From positions 1 through 64,000 of the IMG/VR virus record IMGVR_UViG_3300048837_000614: a DNA stretch of 64,000 nt; one strand, written 5' to 3'. A program made the translations under genes and the position numbers. Under the pieces are notes generated by a model that worked only from the letters and a program-made list of their open reading frames with translations, ran no database searches and had not been told where the DNA came from. Origin of the DNA: a virus. Each line of letters opens with the position of its first letter. Position 1 is the stretch's first letter. Shown here piece after piece: positions 10,401 through 18,312 of this stretch.

Positions 10401-11602
10401 TGAAAGCAAATTGTTTCGGATTTGGTGTAACCGGTGAATCTCCAGATTTAAGTTTCTTGCCAGATTCTGTATGGAAGATTGAAGATGGAGCGTTTCAAGG
10501 TTGGTTAGGTCTAACAGACGTAATAATACCTAGAACTGTAACAAGTTATAGTTGGCTTGCCTTTTCAAGAGCTAGAAACTTAGGGACTATAACAATATAC
10601 AAAGAAACCAATATTATACCTAACACAAATAGTACTGGATGGTCAGAGGCTTTAACGGCACCGCTATTTGACATAGATGCAGATCACCCATTATTTCAAG
10701 GTACACCAAATAAAAAATGTGTTTATGAAAAAACCGGTTCTAAAAGAATAATCTATCTTAAGGGTGATGGCGACGTTGTTATGCCAGATGATGCAGGAAA
10801 CTTCTATAGTAGTTCAAGTTCATTAGTAAGAGGAACAGCAGATCAAATAAGTTCATTGTATATAAATGAAGCAGGATCGATTCCAAGTATGTCTCATTTT
10901 ATAACTGCATCGTTTATCTCCGTTCACGTGAATAACGCAAGTCTTTCTAGCGATGAGTATGGAAATTTATACAACAAAACAAAAACAAATTTAATTAGAA
11001 TGATTAAAACAAATCCATTGTCAACGTTACACCCTAATGTAACGACGTGGAATAATTCGCAGGCGTTCGCGTTGTATGAAGGAGAGACCAATTTTGTTGT
11101 TCCGAGTAGAATAACCTCTATAAGTGGAAGTGAAATGTTTTCAAAAGCAAAAATAATCACACTTTCATTCGAAGAAGGAAGTACAATAACATCATTACCA
11201 GCACACTTTGCTAGAGAGTGTAAACAACTAACAACTGTAGTTCTTCCAAATACAATCACATCGATAGAATCGAACTGTTTTAGTACTACACCAGCACTAC
11301 AAAATATAAATTTACATGAGGGAATAACTAAGATAGATAGTGATGCTTTCGAAATGTCTGGTTTAACATCAATAACAATACCTTCAACAGTTACAACTAT
11401 AGGATCAGATGCATTCCATGACTGTTCATCTTTAGCGGAAATAATAGTATTAAGAACAACGCCGCCTACGATAGGTGATGGAGATGCATTAGATGGGCAT
11501 GTTCCGGGTAGAGCTATTAAAGTTCCTGTAGGAAAGGTTTCAACTTACCAAGCGGCAACTCATTGGAGTGAATACGCTAGCAATATAGTGGAAAATGTTT
11601 AA
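4481..11602 (+). CDS. Large virion appendage/receptor-binding protein with LamG-like, CotH-kinase-like, B-repeat and BspA-type LRR domains
   Basis: N-terminal RITAQEWNQII and two FP..G....LY.AK repeats; LamG-like LYSIRVYDRAL; CotH-like WQGTSS.QYPVKN, KADYMDSS, DNLGKN..WYPNFYDVD; FNSNGGS..PTRLG B-repeat; many xIPxxVxxIGxxAF LRRs at the C-terminus. Confidence 0.8.
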   Translation: MNPNWKKKMNAIPVQRKGPSDRITAQEWNQIINILSEQVNNNTLGNEKFIKIVEEIESGNLKKELVFKIFKNYEGDLSKFIEDLIMRMELIVNVKRYETEDDFPEVGDEESLYIAKFYKSSDEEGNIVLNKLNSIFGFDPESGYYEIDGQKGGALEFHSEFDFPLQGKENFLYLAKNRNTALEGEEPVWEKYNMLFRWDAEQGIYEAVAGQGSGGGGSGTGTVTRVIPFPVGIPTVFGHNLLEDLILGYSYINNTYDSATRILYVNDIPKNTAQISTGENSIDVTPYLTQGLNTIKIYITDPEGTASQLIYRVTGNTMSLSSLFNDATAIIGTDVFVPYSIVGTAQVKTMHFILDEVETTEVVSNLNGNKIISGLNHGVHKLEIFVVGDFKDNNGNTLYSITSNSVFLDIIYAQPGETETLISSKFRLQEEYQGNTIFIDYIVYNPILELSEVSLYIDDVLFTTLSVDDTRQTWSIKTLQPGMRTLKIESNGVYVEKTINILPIELDLDVTKDSFLKLFLTAFGKTNNDLDKDVWVNSFGNSVNVTLQNINFSNTGWVSDSLRLIGDAKAIIGFKPFGSNLASSGKTIEFDFTTRFTVSENTKLISCMSGGVGFEITTQSVSLKGSNIEILSRFKEDEHIKIAFVIRPTDKMILTYINGVISGVANYTNETSFRQLVPVDITVNPEGGALDLYSIRVYDRALNNIEMLENYLAEISTLDERVEKFMFNDIFDEYGNASKDKMSQLIPIMMFDAPIMPQFKGDKRPLKVTFEHPFDPSKNFIREADKTVVDWQGTSSIQYPVKNFKITFDKKQKYPIEDGWIPERKFTLKADYMDSSHSHNTGFARLFDTMYDEGLPPKQYDERIRSTVYGYPIALFYRPNANSPYEYWGVYNFNLDKDCEDTFGLNNEKNYVDAELDGIEPTFPLCQSFEITFNADSSAGAFKNNELMNVVASFEARYPELDGDTVYNVDTGEVHDAVALEAHYANLRAMIQWVMDNDNNPNFKTEFDLHFNRDYTLKYLIATELFGLVDNLGKNAMMNTWDGQIWYPNFYDVDTAMGLENQGRNIHNYDIEIGQVGTYATADSGLWINIMRFFYNELQAIYQNLRGDKFSYNKVLEFLETNQISKISESQYNLDAYAKYIGVTTDWLWMAQGKRIEHIKRWLTLRMAFLDSKYIGGEFANYVALRINVTGDDLDPAYLKAKVTITPIITQYATAKFGNTNPVQQKTPGNTPVEIVGPSVIGNSGITNMEVSVYGAKYIEDLGDLSTLYLSSISTEFAQRLRKLLIGSQAEGYINDKLTQVSVGNNSYLEEIDLTNCTILGTDTNGTQVLDLSQAVNIKKVHAHGTQLKGITFPSGANLELLKLPASITQLVLRNMPLLTAEGLLLDGINNITLLRIENINGINSVQLANLAASLQRLRLIGLKYSMLGMADMISLAEKLWDSDLNSYRIIGVDATGQDVNEPIVEGIIKVLTYDLIANEDIVLIQSRMPNLQLEVNQITEGMTFEDYEDGLRMTGYTGIATILSVPGNTNAELSEENPIIPSIDGWKPVIAIAPFALNNKTAITQVIIPRTVEAIGQQAFNGMTNLGITYIPNTVETMGLEVFRNTPNALILCEAPSKPEGWNNNWYASQALTILWGVPSANSTFNFNSNGGSSVDQVINNVLFQAPTAPTRLGKDFVKWQYNGQDVTFPFVPEVAGEYTFTAVWEDAIFTVQYLKPDGLGGWVLHDSHFIQYGDFLGSEFQEISIPISGTLSFREWRMYSPSGELVFEGTQILHNHITSPDGNIIKIYAIMVDTAGLGAVFLNDDVANYPDGYYNIVSYVNNNSGNAITDLLIPSQWTGIEGTRPVKGVRLTSGSFINGNLYKVRTLTIEEGVKRIEQYAFNGISYCTKVTVPASVVFIGSNAFNGAGNNIPSVGCELIFNCNLDNITGPYIASNARVKINIAFGTTKINNSLFYNSMSIKEIILPNSVLELKANCFGFGVTGESPDLSFLPDSVWKIEDGAFQGWLGLTDVIIPRTVTSYSWLAFSRARNLGTITIYKETNIIPNTNSTGWSEALTAPLFDIDADHPLFQGTPNKKCVYEKTGSKRIIYLKGDGDVVMPDDAGNFYSSSSSLVRGTADQISSLYINEAGSIPSMSHFITASFISVHVNNASLSSDEYGNLYNKTKTNLIRMIKTNPLSTLHPNVTTWNNSQAFALYEGETNFVVPSRITSISGSEMFSKAKIITLSFEEGSTITSLPAHFARECKQLTTVVLPNTITSIESNCFSTTPALQNINLHEGITKIDSDAFEMSGLTSITIPSTVTTIGSDAFHDCSSLAEIIVLRTTPPTIGDGDALDGHVPGRAIKVPVGKVSTYQAATHWSEYASNIVENV

Positions 11603-11609
11603 CAAAATT

Positions 11610-11639
11610 AAAGGGCAAGAGAAATCTTGTTCTTTTTTT
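11610..11639 (+). terminator. Intrinsic terminator
   Basis: AAGGGCAAGA-GAAA-TCTTGTTCTT plus T-run. Confidence 0.8.
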
Positions 11640-11648
11640 ATTCAAAGT

Positions 11649-11680
11649 AGTTTACTTTTTTTACTTTTATGTTATAATAG
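11649..11680 (+). promoter_or_regulatory. Promoter with 17-bp box GTTTACTTTTTTTACTT
   Basis: TTTACT..TGTTATAAT; near-identical to 12244-12276. Confidence 0.7.
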
Positions 11681-11729
11681 TCTTAAGGAAAACTTAAGGA
11701 TTCCAAACAACAAAGGAGAGTTTTAGAAA

Positions 11730-12209
11730 ATGAAAAAAAGAATTGCAATTTTATCAATCTTGTTACTATTGATTGCAACATTTACAGTAACATACGCATG
11801 GCTTGTATTCGAAGAAACGAATAAAACAATTCAGGTGCCAAAAGCGAAAGTAGAACTCAATGTCAAAAGCGTTGAACCAAACAATACTAAACAGTTAGTT
11901 CCTACAAAATACTATTGGTTGGAAACTCAAACAGATGAATATCTATTCTACATTGAAGCAACTAATCTATTAACCACATTAACAGATCAAGAGAAGAAAG
12001 ATTTTTATCAAGAACTTTTGGACACATATAATGTCGGTTTAGTAGGTGCACCTGTTCAATTACGATTAGAAGAACCATTAGCTACACCAGATGGAATCTA
12101 TATTGTAGTCTACTTAGATGGAAATGAGTTCTCAAATTTCGGACAGTATAGGTCATGGAGAAATGCGAATACACCTGTAACATTTAGTTTCAGTTTTACT
12201 TTAAAATAG
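11730..12209 (+). CDS. Secreted/surface protein with SipW-class-like signal peptide (moron)
   Basis: MKKR + hydrophobic core + TVTYAWL; own promoter, AGGAG RBS and terminator. Confidence 0.65.
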   Translation: MKKRIAILSILLLLIATFTVTYAWLVFEETNKTIQVPKAKVELNVKSVEPNNTKQLVPTKYYWLETQTDEYLFYIEATNLLTTLTDQEKKDFYQELLDTYNVGLVGAPVQLRLEEPLATPDGIYIVVYLDGNEFSNFGQYRSWRNANTPVTFSFSFTLK

Positions 12210-12210
12210 T

Positions 12211-12235
12211 AAAGAGGGCAACCTCTTTTTTCTTT
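12211..12235 (+). terminator. Intrinsic terminator
   Basis: AAAGAGG-GCAA-CCTCTTT plus T-run. Confidence 0.8.
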
Positions 12236-12243
12236 ATTTTATG

Positions 12244-12276
12244 AGTTTACTTTTTTTACTTTTTATATTATAATAG
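12244..12276 (+). promoter_or_regulatory. Promoter of the helicase/accessory operon with 17-bp box
   Basis: TTTACT(12246)-17 nt-TATAAT(12269); repeat of 11649-11680. Confidence 0.7.
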
Positions 12277-12324
12277 AAGTAGACATAAAAACATCTCATG
12301 TATCGCCATGAGAAAGGTGGAAAA

Positions 12325-13674
12325 ATGGAAAAGAATATTATTCATTATTTGTTGTTCTCTTGTGATAACATCGAAGAACAAATGGAAGCCGTAAAGAAAT
12401 TACGGATGGTTCCGGAAAAGTTTTACGACCAAGAAACAAAGATAATTCTTAAGGGTATAGAGTTCTCACATAGCATGAATAAATTAGCCACAGAGAGATC
12501 AATATCAACCTACTTTAAATTTGATAAAGTGAAGTTTGACATTGATGATTACTTTTGGGATACTGATGAAAAAGAAGCAAATCATATTGTTTTACAAGAC
12601 GCTTGTGAACTTTTCGTTAAGCAAAAAGAGATTGAGATAAACAAAGAACTAATCTCAGATGCACTATCTAAATATGAAAAGACAGGCGACATAGCACTAT
12701 TAAGCAAACTAGATCTTGCAAGTGCTGAAAGAAAAAAAGCAGTAAAGAGTATCAAAGAAGCTACAAGTTTGGGTCTAAAAAAACTTGAAGATATTAAAAA
12801 CAAAAGAGATTTGAAGAGTATTAAATTCAGCAAGAGTTTCTTCTTTATGGAATTGATTCTAAAGGGATTAGAACCAGGAGAACTTATTATCATGGCAGCA
12901 AGACCTGGTGTTGGGAAAACAGCGTTCAGTTTGGGTTTTCTAAACGATTTCTCTAAACAGGGTAAACGCAGTATGTATGTGACTCTTGAAATGGCCGCAG
13001 AAGAACTAACAGAGAGAATGCTAATTGCAAAGACAGGTATTCCAAGGTCAGTATTCTTTTCTCAAACAGGATTTACTGAAGATAAATTTAATGAACTTAA
13101 AAATGCTGCAGGCGAATTAAACAAACAACCAATTATTGTTGTAGATGATGCACCTGGTACATTTGTAGAGATTAGAGAAATTATTAGAGAAGAACATAGA
13201 AAAAATGGATTAGACATTGTTTTCATAGACTACCTTGGCTTAATAGGATCTTATAGTGGGGAAGATAACTTCAATGTAAGAGATACTGTTTCCAAGATAA
13301 GTAGAGGATGTAAACTACTAGCCATGGAACTAAAAATACCTATAGTCCTGATTCAACAGGTTAATAGAAATGCTGCAGCTGGAACAAGAGATGATTCGAG
13401 TTTTAAAGAATTGCAACTTACAGACTTAAGAGACTCTGGATCCTTGGAACAAGATGCAAATAAAGTATTCTTGCTATGGAACTTAGAACCACAAAGTGAA
13501 AAAGATAAACAAGATCAACTTGATTCTAAATATAAGGTGGTCCTAAATATAGCCAAAAATAGAAACGGTCAAAGTAATCAAAAGGTTTTATTTGAATTCA
13601 ACAGAACAGTTCAAAGAATCAAAGAATTAGATTGGATAACTAAACCTTCGACGTGGGGTAAGAAAAATGATTAA
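12325..13674 (+). CDS. dnaB: Replicative DNA helicase, DnaB family
   Basis: GELIIMAARPGVGKT, TLEM, IVFIDYLGLI, QQVNR, DLRDSGSLEQDA, IAKNRNG. Start placed at ATG12325 behind a GAAAGGTGG RBS. Confidence 0.95.
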   Translation: MEKNIIHYLLFSCDNIEEQMEAVKKLRMVPEKFYDQETKIILKGIEFSHSMNKLATERSISTYFKFDKVKFDIDDYFWDTDEKEANHIVLQDACELFVKQKEIEINKELISDALSKYEKTGDIALLSKLDLASAERKKAVKSIKEATSLGLKKLEDIKNKRDLKSIKFSKSFFFMELILKGLEPGELIIMAARPGVGKTAFSLGFLNDFSKQGKRSMYVTLEMAAEELTERMLIAKTGIPRSVFFSQTGFTEDKFNELKNAAGELNKQPIIVVDDAPGTFVEIREIIREEHRKNGLDIVFIDYLGLIGSYSGEDNFNVRDTVSKISRGCKLLAMELKIPIVLIQQVNRNAAAGTRDDSSFKELQLTDLRDSGSLEQDANKVFLLWNLEPQSEKDKQDQLDSKYKVVLNIAKNRNGQSNQKVLFEFNRTVQRIKELDWITKPSTWGKKND

Positions 13675-13867
13675 CTGCGTTGTAATGTTAAATAAAAAAG
13701 TAAAAGTGATTACAATGGTTATGTTTCAAAATGGTAGAAAGATAAAGACTGATTATATAGGTATCCTAACTAAAGAAGATGGGTTTGCATTAACTATTAA
13801 AGAGTTAGATGGTAATGAAGTTAGAATACCTAAAAAGCATATCAAAAGAATAGAGGAAATTTTATGA
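13667..13867 (+). CDS. Small Sm/Hfq-like fold protein
   Basis: LNKKVKV..FQNGRK..GILTKEDGFALTI..EVRIPKKHIKRIE follows the Sm1/Sm2 pattern; translationally coupled to neighbours. Confidence 0.5.
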   Translation: MINCVVMLNKKVKVITMVMFQNGRKIKTDYIGILTKEDGFALTIKELDGNEVRIPKKHIKRIEEIL

Positions 13868-14283
13868 GACGTAGAATGGGTATTGCAAGTATGACGCGTT
13901 TAGGTGGAAACTCAGACAAACCTATACTAATCAATAATTGGCCCGAAGATAAAACACTAGAAAAAAAACTTATGGATATGATGGAAGAGGCTTCTAAAAC
14001 TTTTAAAGCTTTGGAAAAAATGAGAAACATAGACTTCTCAATATTTGAAAACAATATACTGATAGGCATAGAGCCTTCGTATATGTATGACGAGATTTAC
14101 GTCATATCAATTAATAGAGATAAAAATAGTTCGATGCTTCGATCTGGAATATCTTTTGGTAATTATGGAAGCAACATTATAAGCAAGGTATCATTCTATA
14201 AAGACAAGAAAACAAAAAGTAAGTTTATTAGATTTGTAGATAAATACCATGCGTTGATTTATGGTGAAAATAATGGCAAATAA
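13864..14283 (+). CDS. Hypothetical protein
   Basis: 139-aa ORF with ATGA coupling. Confidence 0.7.
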   Translation: MRRRMGIASMTRLGGNSDKPILINNWPEDKTLEKKLMDMMEEASKTFKALEKMRNIDFSIFENNILIGIEPSYMYDEIYVISINRDKNSSMLRSGISFGNYGSNIISKVSFYKDKKTKSKFIRFVDKYHALIYGENNGK

Positions 14284-14893
14284 AAGAAACTTTATGAAAA
14301 CATCTAAGAATAATTTCAAAAAAGGTGGAGAATTCGAAACAGTATTTCACTTAGGGATAAGTAGCAAAGCAGTGTTCACACTCTCCGAACAAGCGTTAAA
14401 ATTGTACATACTGTTTGTTTTACATGGCAAACGAAATCCACCTTCTATGAAATTATTCGCAGCACGTATGAAGAAAAGTGAAAGAACGGTTTCAAGACTC
14501 TATGAGGAACTCAAAGAGAAAAAGTTCTTAACTATCGAATGTGTGAGACCTAAAGTTTATAAATATGTTTTCGACTCAAATGGTAATGTTGGTTATAGTT
14601 TAAAGAAAGAAAAACAAAAAGTTGAGTTGGTTGAAAAGCCAATAGAAGAATTAGAAAACGATGAAGAGGTAGAAATCATTGAAGAGATTGAAGAATCAAA
14701 TGATGATGATATTTTTGATAAAGCTAGAACGATTATGGAGTATGAGGACTTTGCGGTACTCGAAAATATCTTCTGGGACTTAGTGCCCGATTCAAGAGAA
14801 ACAATCATTTCGATCTTGGAAGAAAGGTTTAAAAAAGAACCACAATCCAAAGATGTATTAGAGTGGTTTTTAGAAAAAGTAAAATATGTATAA
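14261..14893 (+). CDS. Winged-HTH DNA-binding protein (replication-initiator/regulator-like)
   Basis: LSEQALKLYILF..PSMKLFAARMKKSERTVSRLYEELKEKKFL is an HTH_36-like pattern, followed by an acidic linker. Confidence 0.7.
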   Translation: MVKIMANKRNFMKTSKNNFKKGGEFETVFHLGISSKAVFTLSEQALKLYILFVLHGKRNPPSMKLFAARMKKSERTVSRLYEELKEKKFLTIECVRPKVYKYVFDSNGNVGYSLKKEKQKVELVEKPIEELENDEEVEIIEEIEESNDDDIFDKARTIMEYEDFAVLENIFWDLVPDSRETIISILEERFKKEPQSKDVLEWFLEKVKYV

Positions 14894-15371
14894 AAAGTGT
14901 GATATAATAGAAACAAGAACCTTTAGTTTTGATAAAACAAGAGAGTTCACAGATAAGATGGATGTTGATCTTCTTAACAATTCAAATTGGGTATATGAGA
15001 TTATAGAGAAAGAAGTTCACAGACTTAGAAACGAATTAGATACTAAGTTAGACAAGGAATTAAAAGCACATGGCATTAAAACAAGAAAGCCAAAATACCT
15101 AAAAGGGTGGCTAACAAGAAAGAGGTTATTAGTTCACATGATTGTAGATGGATTGGACACGACGGTAAGGATTGTTTCAAAGGATAAACCATTATGTGGG
15201 AGAGGCGAAGTTATCAAAGCCGGACTAAAGGCAACATCGCTTGTGGGAATGTCAGACTGTATATTAAAAGTAACAGAGAGAGCTTATAACAACGTAAGCG
15301 TATCTGATAGGATATACATAGAGCAGTCTGCAAATATTAGAAGAATAGATATAAAAATTGTGAAGGAGTGA
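14886..15371 (+). CDS. Hypothetical protein
   Basis: 161-aa coupled ORF. Confidence 0.6.
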   Translation: MYKKCDIIETRTFSFDKTREFTDKMDVDLLNNSNWVYEIIEKEVHRLRNELDTKLDKELKAHGIKTRKPKYLKGWLTRKRLLVHMIVDGLDTTVRIVSKDKPLCGRGEVIKAGLKATSLVGMSDCILKVTERAYNNVSVSDRIYIEQSANIRRIDIKIVKE

Positions 15372-15375
15372 AAAT

Positions 15376-15564
15376 ATGGAAAAAGAAAAGAAAGAATATT
15401 CCATCATTGTAAAAGACATCGATGTAAAATTAGAAGTCTCAAAGAGAACTTACTACAAGATCTTCAACAATGAAATTGGTACGGTAACGCCTGAAGGTTA
15501 TCATATTAGTTTAGAGTCCATCAAGAAGTATAAGAAACTCTACAACTCGATAAGAGGTATGTAA
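15376..15564 (+). CDS. Hypothetical protein
   Basis: 62 aa, AAGGAG RBS. Confidence 0.7.
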   Translation: MEKEKKEYSIIVKDIDVKLEVSKRTYYKIFNNEIGTVTPEGYHISLESIKKYKKLYNSIRGM

Positions 15565-15872
15565 TGGAAAATTTATACATATTATTCATAATCGTTTTAT
15601 TAGTTATGTTCATTTGTATTTTGTTACTAGCTTCTTTAGTTATATGGCTCTTTGTTAGAAAAGATAAATTGAGAGAAAAAGAGATTAATTTTAATATATC
15701 TAATAACAATTTAAAAATCGCAGAAAACAACGCAAAACAATCATCTGCAGATTTAGAGAACGTGAAGCTTCAGATTCAATATGAAGAAACAATTAAAATG
15801 ATTAAAGAACGTGGAGTATCATTAGCTGAAGGTGTTGCACAAACATTTAAAGAAATAGATAAAGGAGAATAG
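15564..15872 (+). CDS. Single-pass membrane protein with coiled coil
   Basis: Long N-terminal hydrophobic helix; GAGGT RBS. Confidence 0.7.
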   Translation: MENLYILFIIVLLVMFICILLLASLVIWLFVRKDKLREKEINFNISNNNLKIAENNAKQSSADLENVKLQIQYEETIKMIKERGVSLAEGVAQTFKEIDKGE

Positions 15873-15874
15873 AT

Positions 15875-16177
15875 GTGGAAGACAAAAGAGATGGTTTAGA
15901 TTTTGGAGAGGCTCTATTTTGGGCCAAGAAAGGTTTTGTAGTATCTCGTAAAGGTTGGAACGGTAAAGGTCAATGGGTATCTTATACTGAAGGAAAAACG
16001 CTTGACTTATCAGTTAATGAAATTTGGACAAAACCTATTAAAGATGTTGCAGAACAAAACGGTGGTAAGGTTACAATTAGACCTTACATGAATTTAAAGA
16101 CTGTTGATAATCAAATTCAAATCGGATGGATACCAAGTGCGTCTGATATGCTAGCAAAGGATTGGTACATTGTATGA
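15875..16177 (+). CDS. tad2: Tad2-like (DUF2829) anti-Thoeris/CBASS signal sponge
   Basis: DFGEAL..KKG..VSRKGWNGKG...[22 protein letters not shown] matches the Tad2/DUF2829 signature; GTG start with AGGAG RBS. Confidence 0.85.
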   Translation: MEDKRDGLDFGEALFWAKKGFVVSRKGWNGKGQWVSYTEGKTLDLSVNEIWTKPIKDVAEQNGGKVTIRPYMNLKTVDNQIQIGWIPSASDMLAKDWYIV

Positions 16178-16389
16178 AAAACTATATTAGATTAAATGAT
16201 GATGTTGTGATTGCTGAAGGATCAGTTGTTGCAATCGTAAAGAATAGAGAGAAAGTTGCGACTGACTCTGGTTTGGTAGAACAAACAAATATGTTTATCT
16301 ACATTGAAAATAGTCAAGTTCCTGTAGTAATCACAACAACAAGTCGTGATGAAGCTAAAGAATTTGAACAAAAACTTTTAGGAGAATAA
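16174..16389 (+). CDS. Hypothetical 71-aa protein between Tad2 and Tad1
   Basis: ATG16174 overlaps the Tad2 TGA; beta-rich with C-terminal helix. Confidence 0.7.
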   Translation: MKNYIRLNDDVVIAEGSVVAIVKNREKVATDSGLVEQTNMFIYIENSQVPVVITTTSRDEAKEFEQKLLGE

Positions 16390-16391
16390 AA

Positions 16392-16766
16392 ATGCAAGAA
16401 GCAAAATTTGGCGGTAAGCAATTAATAACTATTCAAAAAAGAGGCAAATTAAACACTGTGTTTTGTATGGACGAAGAACATCCTGTGAATAAGGGTCACC
16501 ATATTTATAGCATTAAAATGAAAACACAAGGTGTAGATATTCATTTCCAAAATGGACCGAGAAACGAAGAAGGAAGTATTGAAGGTGTTTTAGATGTTGA
16601 TTTACTTGAAATAGTATTAGACAGATTAAAGTCATTTCAAAGTGGCCCATACGCAACAAGAGAGAATGCAATAGCTATCACTAAAATAGAAGAAGCTTTA
16701 CTTTGGATGAACAAGCGTGTTGAAGATAGAATTGAAGCCGGAACATTAGGCACACACAAAGTATAA
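16392..16766 (+). CDS. tad1: Tad1-like (Acb2/Tad1 hairpin) anti-Thoeris/CBASS signal sponge
   Basis: [47 protein letters not shown]...R...GT is the Tad1 signature. Confidence 0.85.
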   Translation: MQEAKFGGKQLITIQKRGKLNTVFCMDEEHPVNKGHHIYSIKMKTQGVDIHFQNGPRNEEGSIEGVLDVDLLEIVLDRLKSFQSGPYATRENAIAITKIEEALLWMNKRVEDRIEAGTLGTHKV

Positions 16767-16776
16767 GGAGAATAAT

Positions 16777-17664
16777 ATGAAAAATAAAATGAATCTATTG
16801 CCATTAAACATTCAAATGTTTGCTGATCCAGATCCACAACAAGAACTCGATGATTTAATCAAAGAGGTTTCCGGAGAAGAAAAAAAAGTAGAACCTGTTG
16901 TAGAAACAAAAACAGATCCAGAAGTTGAGAAAAAAACAGATCCAGAAGTTGAGAAAAAAACTGAAGAAAAAACTACTGAAGAAGAAACCACTGAAGAAGA
17001 TGATGAAGATGATGAAGAACAAGAATTAGGTGAAGATGGAAAACCTAAAAAAAGTTCTATCAAAGAATTAAGAGATAGTTACAAGGCTGAAAAGAAAAAA
17101 GCTAAAGAGTTAGAACTTCAAAGACAGAAGTTGGAAACCGATAATAGAACGGTCAAGGAAAAACTTTTAAAGGCTATCAAACTCGGAATCAAAGGTGAGA
17201 CCGAAGAAGAAATTCTACAAAATCTTGATAATCATGAAGTGAAAGAAGAAGCAAGCAAATCAGGTTTAACTGAAGAACAAGTTCGTAAGGAAGCTGAACT
17301 TAAACTTGAGATGCAAAAACTCTCCGAAGAAAAGAAAGAAAATCTATTCAATCGTAGAGCGTATAATCTTCAAAGAGAATTAAATATCGGCGATAAAGAA
17401 CTTATGAAGTTTATTCAAACTGCAGCTAAAGTAGGCATCGATCTTTTGAGTACACCAACAGACTTCAAAGAAATCTATAATACAGTAATGGCACCTCAAG
17501 ATACGACTGCACTCACTGCAAAAGATCAAGAAATTTTAGAACTTAAAAAACAAATAGCTTTGTTAAAAGGCGAAAAAGCACCCGAAGAAGGTCCGGGTAA
17601 AACAAAAAATCCAGCGAACCCAGATGATTGGGAAGGTCTTATTGCTAATATGAAAGGTAAATAA
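16777..17664 (+). CDS. Capsid scaffolding protein with Prp-cleavage motif
   Basis: N-terminal LLPLNIQMFA motif, acidic low-complexity region, coiled coil; upstream of capsid. Confidence 0.8.
   Translation: MKNKMNLLPLNIQMFADPDPQQELDDLIKEVSGEEKKVEPVVETKTDPEVEKKTDPEVEKKTEEKTTEEETTEEDDEDDEEQELGEDGKPKKSSIKELRDSYKAEKKKAKELELQRQKLETDNRTVKEKLLKAIKLGIKGETEEEILQNLDNHEVKEEASKSGLTEEQVRKEAELKLEMQKLSEEKKENLFNRRAYNLQRELNIGDKELMKFIQTAAKVGIDLLSTPTDFKEIYNTVMAPQDTTALTAKDQEILELKKQIALLKGEKAPEEGPGKTKNPANPDDWEGLIANMKGK
16908..16961 (+). repeat. 24-nt in-frame tandem duplication
   Basis: AAAAACAGATCCAGAAGTTGAGAA x2 (KTDPEVEK). Confidence 0.85.
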
Positions 17665-17666
17665 TC

Positions 17667-18308
17667 ATGTCGAATAAACTTAAAAAAGATGATAGAGCTT
17701 TTCTTTACTTTAGAGAAAATGCTAAAGGTGCATTAAATATTAAATTCGGTCCAGAAAAATTTTCTACTGATACACAAAAGTTTACAGAGGTCTTGCTAAC
17801 AGGAAACCTTCACTGTATGACATTCCTATCAAATCTAACTAAACAAGAACCGATGGAATTCAGAATGAGACAATATGATAATATGAAACTTAATTACCAT
17901 GCTGTTTTAGATCAAGCTTTTGATGACGTATTTGCTGAAAAGAAACGTATTTACGAACTCGAAGAATTAGCTATTGAAAGAGTTGAAAATGGAGATGCTA
18001 TCAGTCCTGAATTTGAAGAAAAAATTCAAGAGGCTAAAGCAACTATCAAAGAGAGAAGCACTCAAAAAACTCCTGAAAAAATTGAAGGACAAAGTGAGAG
18101 GTTTAAGAAAGAAGTTGAGGATAGAATCCAAATTCTCGAAGAAACTAAAGCACGTTTTGAAGAGTTACACCCCGAACTTGAACCAGGTGAAGAAGATGAA
18201 GAAAACTTCATTATGAAACAAGTAATCAATGGTCTAATCGAAGATGAAATCGAAAAATTAACAAACCTTTACAGAGAAATTGAAGAAGGAAAAGCGATAA
18301 TGGTATAA
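17667..18308 (+). CDS. Hypothetical helical protein between scaffold and capsid
   Basis: 213-aa ORF, RBS, highly-expressed-type codon usage. Confidence 0.75.
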   Translation: MSNKLKKDDRAFLYFRENAKGALNIKFGPEKFSTDTQKFTEVLLTGNLHCMTFLSNLTKQEPMEFRMRQYDNMKLNYHAVLDQAFDDVFAEKKRIYELEELAIERVENGDAISPEFEEKIQEAKATIKERSTQKTPEKIEGQSERFKKEVEDRIQILEETKARFEELHPELEPGEEDEENFIMKQVINGLIEDEIEKLTNLYREIEEGKAIMV

Positions 18309-18312
18309 AAAT

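Noticed and set aside
9100-11602. Diversity-generating retroelement targeting the LRR adhesin
   Set aside because: No reverse transcriptase and no adenine-variant template/variable repeat pair noticed in the window.
16908-16961. 24-nt repeat as a regulatory or CRISPR-like element
   Set aside because: Simple in-frame duplication in a disordered region of the scaffold.
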